Positions 54,301 through 64,000 of a DNA stretch of 64,000 bases are shown here, in pieces (the stretch's first letter is position 1; every line of letters starts with the position of its first letter). Origin of the DNA: Adineta vaga (lineage: Eukaryota > Animalia > Rotifera); assembly GCA_021613535.1 (NCBI GenBank), contig CP075496.1, positions 4,154,001 through 4,218,000 of the forward strand, given 5' to 3'. A program made the position numbers and the translations under genes. The notes below the pieces were generated by a model. That model was not told the DNA's origin. It did no database searches and saw nothing but the letters and a program-made list of their open reading frames with translations.

Positions 54301-55299
54301 CTCTTATACATATACGCAATCCTCTTGAACTTTAATATACATAAAGAAAGGAAAAGAAAATAACTGAGTTGAATCTAATTCAACAATTGAGACAATATGA
54401 ATAATGAGAAGGTCATTGACATGACTTTTGATGTATATCATTCATTAATCGTAAAGCTTCATCATATCTTTTCAAGTTCATGATTCAATTAACACTACCT
54501 TCTTTTGCACAATAGGGTACTGTATCGGATGGTCCCCACCACATATCACCCTGACAATGACGATATTTTGAACCTTCTAAAACAAAACCAACATCACATT
54601 CATATGTCGCACGCGAACCAAATTTATTTCCATTTGAATAGATAATACGACCATGTTCCGGAGGAGTCAAAAATGGACAACTGATACCTTAATTTTTCAT
54701 AGGAAAAAAAACGAGAGAAAAATTATCGATTGAACAATCATTCATAACTTACCACGTTTAACACATGACATACCACAATCATAATCACATACACATGATC
54801 GATATCGACTTCGACAATCACTATCATCGAAGCATGATTTGAAACATTGTCTTTGTCGTGTGGCATCTCGTTTTCGTGGACAATATGAAAGGTCACGAAT
54901 CCAATAACCTTAAATAATAATAAAGACTGATAGGTTTCAATCAATTTCATTTTCATCCTTCTCTTAAAATAACATTCGTTCAATCTTTTCTTCAACTTAG
55001 CGTTATTACTCTCAATTCGTTTTTGACCTTGTTTTATATACAATCACTCAATGAAAACAAATGCTGATTGCCACTAAATCACTTCAATCTCAACATCGAT
55101 GTCAAATGTAGTTAACACTTATTATTTTTATTATTCTAACCTGAACTCCTTGAAAAGATAAGAAAAAAGAATGAACATGAGAAAGAATTTTGACAATACC
55201 TTGACAATAATTTGATAATTCACATAGTAATAGAAGAATTATGAGGAAATATTGATGGTAATAATAACAATAAAAATATCTTGTTCGTATATGCATCAT
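51386..55299 (-). CDS. Secreted WAP-like + multiple sushi/CCP domain protein (LEV-9/Hikaru genki-like), copy A
   Basis: Signal peptide exon; Cys-rich CPRK..CFKSCFDDSDCRSRYRSCVCDYDCGMSC; a series of CCP exons (C-x-PP...Y-x-C-xx-G[FY]...C...W...P-x-C); ends IIFTG*. Confidence 0.8.
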
Positions 55300-56939
55300 A
55301 AAATCATCTAAAATAGGAATAGCTTTTCTTTTCTTTTTTAGTTTATTAAAATATCTAATCCCTGTTCATATTTCTAATCTCTTCCTTCTTAATACAAGCT
55401 ATTCAACAACAAAACTTACATGATATCAAATAAATCTTACATATTCAGTCAAAGTTTATGACATAATATCAAACAACACGAGAAAAGAGAAAAAAAACCG
55501 ATGGTCATATATTCTTATGCTTGGTAAATTTGTCGGCATCTGTTATGTCCTTGTTAATTGATGCACATGATGTTGTTGTATTATGAAAGAAGTAAATAAA
55601 TTCTATGTCTATTCAGAAAACGAAATTAGTTTTCTTATATATCTGCTTGAAACAACAACAACGAAAAAAAGATGACCATAAATGATTACGAAAGAAATTC
55701 AATCAATGACAAAACATGAAATAAGAAACGTTTTGTTTTCAATTTTTGTTTAAACGATTTAATCTTATTTTTAATGAGGAAAGATATATAAACTTACTTA
55801 ACATTCGAATCTCACCTGTCATACATACATATATCGTGATTGATCGGTACATTCATATATATGTACAAGTGAGTAAGTAAGAGAGATAGAGAGAGAGAAA
55901 GGGAGCAAAAGGAGAAAGAGAAAGAAAAAAAAGAATGAGAAGTTGGTATGTTTAGTTACCAGTATCAATCTATTGAATAAAGAGAACAATTCCATTTCGC
56001 AATGTATAATCCACATGAAAGAGAAGAAAACATTGATGATTGACAAAGACATTGTTTCGAAATCTTTTCTATTCTAAGTTAATACTTACAATAGTTATAA
56101 ACATCCATTTATCGTATTAGATAAGAAGAAGAAGAAGAAACAACAACAACAAAAAAGAACTGAACTGATCAACTCTGTGTACATGATGAGTCGAAAAGTT
56201 GATGATAGTCTTTCGTGTTATATTACAATCAGATAAGAAAGAAATGTATAGTTGTTGATGAATGTTATATTTTTCAACTTGCATCATCATTTATTCTTGC
56301 GTAGAGAATAAGGAAACAAATGGCTTACCATGATAGACATAAAGAAGATAGAATTGCGTGAACAAATCTTTAGAGATAAGCATATGAACATTGATGATTG
56401 TTTAGGAACTTGCAAATGGATGCGACAACTGGTCAAATGAGAAATTGTTCAACATAAGACAAACATATACGAGAATTTGTAGCTATTGGCACCATACATT
56501 CAAACGTGTGTATGATGACGATGACAGAGGAATTCTTTTTTTTTTTACAAATACACAATTGAGTCCGGAAGCTTTTACGTGTTAAGTACAATCGTAAGTA
56601 TACTAAAACTACAACTTTACTTATATCAATGTTGTTCATTCAGATTACACAAGAATATTCTATTGTGATTACACCATAGTCAGTTCATAGCTTGAATCAA
56701 CAAGTACAAAAGAATTTGTCTTCTTCGCTTTTGTATGATAATAACACGAAATCTATTTGAAATCATTTCTCATTTATCAAGACATAGAAGACACGCACAT
56801 ATACACAAACACATTCATTCATGTATAAAGGATGACATACATGTGAGCGTCAACTGTTGAACATAAGTTTTCAAGGACAATGTTATGAATACAAGAAAAA
56901 AAGGAAAAGGAATAACGAACAAACGAACTGTTTACATGG

Positions 56940-59900
56940 TCATCCTTTACTGACAAATTTGTGTAATGTATGTTGCAAGGACACATGTCGATCTAGAATG
57001 ATTGACATAAATTCAAGATAAATAAGCAAAGAATAACATACCTTCTTTACATATTGGCAATTGATCAGGTCGCCATAAGCCTGAAAAACAGGTTGCACCA
57101 CGATTACCAACAAGCATATAGCCTACAAGCGAAAAAATAATAATCAATGATCAAATGAAATGTACCAAACCTGAATCACATTCGAATTGTAATGAAGCCC
57201 CATGTCTTAATGTAACATTTGCTGAAAGTATATAACGTGATGTGCCATAATTAACAACATAAGTTTTTCCATGACGAACAAATCCAGGGTGAAGACAAGT
57301 ATCTAAATGAAAATTTAGAAAAAAAGAAGAAAAATAGTTATTTATATACCTGCAATACATTGAATAAGATTATTTCGATCATATGGTGATTCCCATTGAC
57401 CAAATAAACAACGAATAGTTCGATAATTACTTAATTTATAACCATTTCGACACTAGGCGAAATCAAAAATAAAAAAGAATAATATTTACAGGATAACTTT
57501 CTGATTGAATAAATTTCTACCGAATATTCAGCATGACCACCATGTCGTCTATTTTGATATTTAACATAACCATTTTTAATCCAATAAGGATGTGTAGTAC
57601 AATTTTCTAAATACAGATTCATTTCTATTTCTAAAGTTTCTATTTACATTTAATATTCTTACTCGGTTCACATAAAGGTTCTGATGTTAAATATCCTTGT
57701 ATACATGTCACGTTTGTCACATTTTTATAACCAGCAACACATTCATAATCTAATGATTGGCCTTCATACAATATATTATTTAATTTCGTATTATTCGTCA
57801 ATAGTACATGCGGAATAGCTAATGAAACGGGACATGTCTCCAAGATTTCTTTTTATAGAAGAAGAAGAAGAAAAAACCCAACAAAATATAAATCAATAGG
57901 AAAAAAGACACTTTCAATACCTTCTCGACAATAAGGACCATCATTTGTCCATTGTCCATCTAGACATTGAATAAATGATGGTTTGATTAAAGAACATTTT
58001 TCTGCAAATTTCGATGGACATTGACATTGATATTTAATCGTATAACCATGTCGTATATATGCTCCTGGTTGTAGTTCTTTTCCATACCATTCATTTGTAC
58101 TATCATCCATAAAATAACCAACTAATTTCTTTCCCAAATCAGGTAAACGACATTTTGCTAACGAGAACAATAAGAGAAACTAAATCATCAAGAGAAGAAG
58201 AAAAAATCAAACTATACCATAACATTTCGGTAAAATTGGTTTCCATATTCCATGATTATCACAAATAACATAATTAATCATTGGAATAAGATCATAACGT
58301 GTACTACTATTACAAGATAGACCTGTACCTTCACCCGAAAGAAATATTGAACGACTATTTGATACATGTCCATTAAAACCTTCCATTGTTGGATGTCGAC
58401 ACATTGCTTCAATACATTGTGGTCGATTTGTTTGCCAACGACCTTGTTTACATTCAATTTTTGATATTGAATCTTTCAAAACATATTTTTCAATACAACC
58501 ATACTCAGCATATGAAGATGTTGTATTCACTAGATAAGCATTTGCAATTAAAGGTGGTTCACCACATGGAGATCCTTTGAATCGACAAAAATAAAAATGT
58601 AATCTATTTAAATTCATTCTTCACTAGTATCTTTTACTTAAACATCGAGGTGTTTCTAATGATGACCATGTTCCATTTTTTAAACATGTTTGTATAGGAG
58701 ATAATCGATCTAATTCATAACCAGGATTACATTCAATTCGTATCTGTTGATCAGGATAATACACTTGTTGTTGTGGTGTATAATGTCCATTGAGAACTGG
58801 ATGATCAATTGTACAAACTTCATCTGAAAACAAAGAAATTAAAAAACGTTTAAACTAATTCGTCATCATTTTTACCTTTACGAATACAATAAACATCCGT
58901 AACAGGTTCCCAAAATCCATCACTAACACAAATACGTTCTTTAGGTCCAACGACTGTATATCCTGCATTACATTCATAAAATAGACGACTATAAAATGAA
59001 TGACCTTCATATTGTATTCGACCATGTGCTGGATTATTTAAGATTGGACATAGATATCGTTCAGTAATCAAAGCTAAATGAAAAATTAAATGAATTATTT
59101 ACGTTTGAAAACAAAACTTTTTCTTTCATTTACATCTTGAAAGACAAGAAAATCCACAATTATGATCACAAACACAAATTCTCTGATAACGACAATTAGT
59201 ATTTTGATTCGTTCCATGACAAGATCGTTGACAATTTCGATGCACATTTTTTTGTCTTGGACAAAGATTTTCCGTTCGATTCGCTTGTACATATTCATTT
59301 GTAAATGTTGGTTTGGGTTGATAATAATTTAAATATGATGTTACAGTTGTTGATCCATAATGATCATAATTATTTATTGTTGTTAATGTTGTAGACGTTC
59401 GAGTGACTAAACGATGACGATATACATAAGCTTCAGTTGTACTTGCACGACCTTGTTGTTCTAATATATCAAGAAAAAGAAAGTGATATAATCATCGTTT
59501 CTTAATTTAGATTGAGAATTAGATCGAATAAAACAATTGTCACATTCAATTTACTGATGTTAGTAATCAAAGTTTCTTTGAAATAGGATCAAATTTATCA
59601 ATCTTCATTAAAGATATTTCCATAAAATTTCTTTTTTATCCTCCAAAATTAATCTTGATAAGAAATTCTTCTAACCTCGTAGTCATTAAAAACATTGTCA
59701 ATTGAATTATTTAAACGATCATCAAGGTTTCTATCTCTTTTTTTTCTTCTAAGAACAATACATTGAAGAGTTCTTAAATATGCTAATCGATTATATTAAC
59801 AATGTTTATCAAATAGAAAATCAATTACGTGCGGTGAATAAAGACAAAACTGATTTATTGATCAAAGAAAAAGTTACAAACATCAGTTTCATTTCTTCTT

Positions 59901-60015
59901 TGTTTTTCAACACTTAAAACATTCACTTACCTGCAATATGGACAAGTAATGGATTTCGTATCATATTGACATATTGAAAAAGAAGAAAAAAGATGAGTTG
60001 TATTTGGTAATACAT
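56940..60015 (-). CDS. Secreted WAP-like + multiple sushi/CCP domain protein (LEV-9-like), copy B
   Basis: MYYQIQLIFFLLF signal; Thr-rich linker; CPRQ..CQRSC..C..ICVCDHNCGFSC; many CCP exons; stop at 56940-56942. Confidence 0.8.
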
Positions 60016-60371
60016 TTTGCATAGTGATACAATGATGTATAAAACAAAAAGAAGAAGAAGAAAATCAAATCGATGATGATAGTAATGATGAAGACAGTTG
60101 CTTTCGCTTGCTCGAGCAAGAACAATCTGATTGTCTTGATATTTGTCTCTGCATTCTCTTTCTATCTATCTATCTATCTTTTCCGACATCGAACATTGAT
60201 GAATAAATTTCATGTTCTTCTTCGAATCGGAGAAATGTTCTATTCTTTTCCTTTTTTTTTTCTTCTTCTTCTTCTTCTCCTTTATTGATTTGAAGATATT
60301 TGTTTTTATTAGGAAGACTAATAACAGATGCATATTCAATCATGTCAATAATGTCAAAAAAATAAAATCGA

Positions 60372-61544
60372 TTACCAATAGAATAATGGTTTACCATCAC
60401 AATGAGAAATTAAATCAAGACTATGGATAATGATGGAAAAATCTTTGTGATATTCTTTCGATAAGAATTGAAAACAAAATCTTTGAATTTCATCAAGATT
60501 TGAGAGAAATTTCGAGGACGTTTTTAACCATTGATAATCAGAATAGATACCATATTTATTAATGAAATAGAAGGTTAAGATTGGATGAGAATTGAAATGA
60601 AAATTTTCTTTCGAAAGATAATTTTCAATTTGTTGAAAACGTTTTTTATAAATTGAACGTTGATATTTATTTTCTTCATTATCAATAATTAATGATAAAT
60701 AACGAAGAGAATAACCATATAATTGTTTCGATTTCGAAAAGATTAATACTAAAATTCGTCGTTCTAGTTGATAACAGATTTCTCCAAGTAAACGTTTATC
60801 TTTAATTAAGCAAACAAAAAGTAAAATAAATCATATAAATCAATTTACCTAGTGTATCATTGTTTGAATTGTTATTTTGATTCAATTGAACTGATAACTG
60901 AAGTTGTTTGGTTAAGAGTTTTACATCATCAGTAATTTTTTGTAATTTAGTTAAATTTTGTTTCGTTTCTGAACTGATCGGTAATTGAGAATTATCTTCA
61001 TGAATATATTTATCAATTCGTTCTTGAAGAGATTTTTCCGTTAAAGGACAATCACTTGATGATTGTTCGAAAACATCGATAATAGTTGTATTGATATTTG
61101 TTTCTTGAATTAATTTGCGATGTATACGAGATTTTGATTCGTTTATTATTTGAGTATTGACAAGAAGTCCATGTCTAGAAACAAAAGATCTTTCGCTTTC
61201 GAAATAAATAAAGAGTGTCTACACAAGAGAAACAAAGTGAAAAGTAAACTTGAAGAACAAGATTATTCGGTTGACTGTTTTTTTGGGACAATATGATTTA
61301 TAGATTAATATTTGAATCTGAAAATCTGTAATAATCATTATATAAATATCGACGGAAAAACAATGATCATTGTATTTACGCGCCTTTTTTACATTTTCAT
61401 ATCAATTGAATATTACCTTGCGGCATATCGTTGACAAACATAATTCTTCTCATGTAAATGTTCTTTAGATTTTTGGTCACTATCTTTTTTCCGTAAACTT
61501 CTTGATGATTCGAAATTTAACTTCATATTCGATTGTTTCATCAT
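60372..61544 (-). CDS. Speriolin C-terminal domain protein (SPATC1/SPATC1L-like), ~293 aa, 3 exons
   Basis: Exons 61544-61417, 61174-60849 and 60799-60372 are in phase. Contains RLLGEICYQLERRIL..LYGYSL..HPILT..INKYGI..DGKPLFYW*. Absent from the ORF track; the start is uncertain. Confidence 0.75.
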
Positions 61545-62086
61545 TAGATTCGTCAATCAAATGCTCTGCTTTGTCATCATATAGTGTCCTCTTTTTGTCG
61601 TCCTTCGTCATGGTCTTATTTTTTCATTGGTTCCTTCTTCAACAAATCCATCATGTAAGAACGAGCTGTTTAACAATCGATCGTTCGGGTCGTCGTACGA
61701 ACGAGTGATGCTACTAATTGTCCACCATGATGGTTTTTTTTTCGAGAATTTCGTTGCTATTGTAAAATATTAATATATAATCATATTTGATTCAATATTA
61801 GTCATTTATTTGTTTTGATATGATGTTTTCAAACGAATTATTGTCGATGATATTTTCTTTTTTCTATAACCGGAAACTTCTATATGCTTATCAAAACCAA
61901 TAGGGATGAAGAGTATTTAGTCTTTTATAAGATATGTTTTTTCTTTCTTTTCTTTACGCTTCAATTCTATTAATTGATCATATGAATTACAAACGATGCC
62001 CCCTATCGTCAATTCAAATTTGTTTGTTCATTTATTTTCTAGATATGAGTTCTTTGATTTGTTTCTACAATTGATTCTTCTATAGA

Positions 62087-64000
62087 ATGAATCTCGTATC
62101 GAAACCATCAGAAAATCAATTTAATTCTCGTGGTAATTATAGAATGATTAGTTTTTTTTCTTTATTATTTCTTTATTTTTAGGCCAAGATGTTCTTCAAA
62201 TAGATAATAATTTTCCATCTTTTAAATTGTTTCCCGCACGTAGTGATTCAATAGATAACAGTAATAATCGTGCATCGCCATTAAACAATCCTATTGGTTT
62301 AGCACCAAAAAATCCAAGTCCAACTGAGCCCGATGAACAAGAATTTCAACCAATAACAATATCACCCTTTCGTTTATTTGGTACTTCAACTACAACAGTA
62401 TCACCAGCAAATCAAAATTCGCCGAAAACACCAACAAGTTCATTGAAAAAGTTTTCTTCAACAACCGATAAACCACGACGTAAACGAACACCTAAAATTG
62501 ATGATAACAACGATGTACAAAAAGTAAAACGACGTAAAAGCGAAATGCATATGCAACATAAACAATTAACTTTAACGGAATTACAAACACCGATTATAAC
62601 AGAAAAGAAAATTAATTTAAATCCCGAAACATTCGCTTCTAAAGTAAAATTTTTCATGTTTTTTTCTTCTGATCAAAACATTCTTTCTACTGATATCATG
62701 TATTTTCTAGAATTCTTCAAACTATCGCGAAATCGGTTTTTCACCCGTTTCATCTGCTCAAAGTGATTCAGGTTCAAATTCTAATCATACATCTGAATCG
62801 TCAACTAATCCTATGGCAAATTCCAAACAAATACAAGTAATTTCTTCAGATTAAATTGTTTCTCTTCGATATCTCTTTTTCAATTATTAGACTGATATAA
62901 GTGGAGCAATAAATTCAACATCAAATGAACTCGAAGTCAAGAACAGTCAAATACAAACATTATCAAGAGTGAGAGAAAAAGAAAACATCGATACGGAAAG
63001 ATATTTTATAAACATACTTCATTTCCAATAGGAGCGTGAAGATTTAAGACGACAAATATCGGACACAAAGAAAGATCTGGATAAACAAACAAATATTCTA
63101 CAAAAATGTCTAGCTGTAAACAAAAAGTTACTTGTAGAAAAGGTATGATATGATCTGATTTGATTTCCAAATTAAACTTATCTGAATATAAAAGAATGAA
63201 TTGTTCAGTGAATTACATTGATTTTTTCGATACAATTTTCTAAACTGAATTTTTAAATTCTAGTCTACACTCGAACGTAAACAAGCACGACAAAAATGTA
63301 TGGAAAATCGTTTACGATTGGGACAATTTGTTACTCAACGACAAGGTGCAACATTTGTTGAAAATTGGACTGATGGAACAGCATTCACTGACATTACAAA
63401 GTATGTGTAGATATATTCAATGTAAAATTGAACTTACTTATTATTTTGAACAGACAACAAGAAATGCTTCAACGTGCTCGAGAAGAATTGGATCGAGAAC
63501 GACGGAATCTTCTACGCCGTCGACCGAATTGTGAAGTTAAAGAAAAAATCACCAAAACTACATATACCAGAGCAAAAAGTAAAGATCGTGGTAGTTCGTT
63601 TGCAACTCAAGATGAAAGTAGTAACGATGGAATGAAAACGACAATGGATGCAAATAAAGCGTAAGTTTTCTTCTCTAGAATATATATTTCAAGCGAATAA
63701 AATATTATTGTTTTGTTTTAGAATAATAATTAGCGATTGGTATGAATCAGATGAAATACTACGTTTACGACAGGCATCATTGAAAAAAGAAGAAGTTGAC
63801 CTTCAAATTGAATATGAAAAATTAGAACGAGAAAGAAACTTACATATCCGTGAATTAAAACGAATCTATAATGAAGATCATTCCAGGTAAAATTAAAACA
63901 AAACTTTGTTTATCTTCAAATTCTTAGAACTTATTTCTACAATCACATTTTTTGTTTTATATAGATTTCAAGATCATCCTATACTAAACGATCGATATTT
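62087..64000 (+). CDS. TLK: Tousled-like kinase, 5' part (runs off the window)
   Basis: [77 protein letters not shown]. Confidence 0.93.

Overview
AT-rich eukaryotic (metazoan) genomic DNA with densely packed genes and many short (~50-75 nt) GT-AG introns. This architecture most resembles a bdelloid rotifer, which is an inference and not proven. Genes from left to right: a frameshifted, intronless glycosyltransferase of non-metazoan appearance (CAP59/GT69-like); a small tetraspan membrane protein; an SLC45 sugar transporter; BBS8/TTC8 with an RFX X-box; TMED7-like p24; MFSD8-like transporter; a CCCH-NYN-C2H2 putative RNase; a truncated RBR E3 ligase; a Pro/Gln/His prion-like protein whose ATG is split by an intron; a secreted serpin; a ~1300-aa disordered tail-anchored protein; tandem AARS1 and GARS1; an ABHD13-like hydrolase; an intronless zinc-finger/HNH-nuclease-like orphan; three tandem glutamine synthetases with a gene-conversion mosaic; two tandem WAP+sushi (LEV-9-like) genes; a speriolin-domain gene; and the 5' part of Tousled-like kinase. 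The most notable candidates are the HNH orphan, the NYN RNase, the operon-like AARS1-GARS1 junction with a possible splice switch for mitochondrial versus cytosolic GlyRS, the GS triplet, and structured long introns including a possible H/ACA snoRNA. Single-base frameshifts occur even in AARS1, so some indels are probably sequencing errors.
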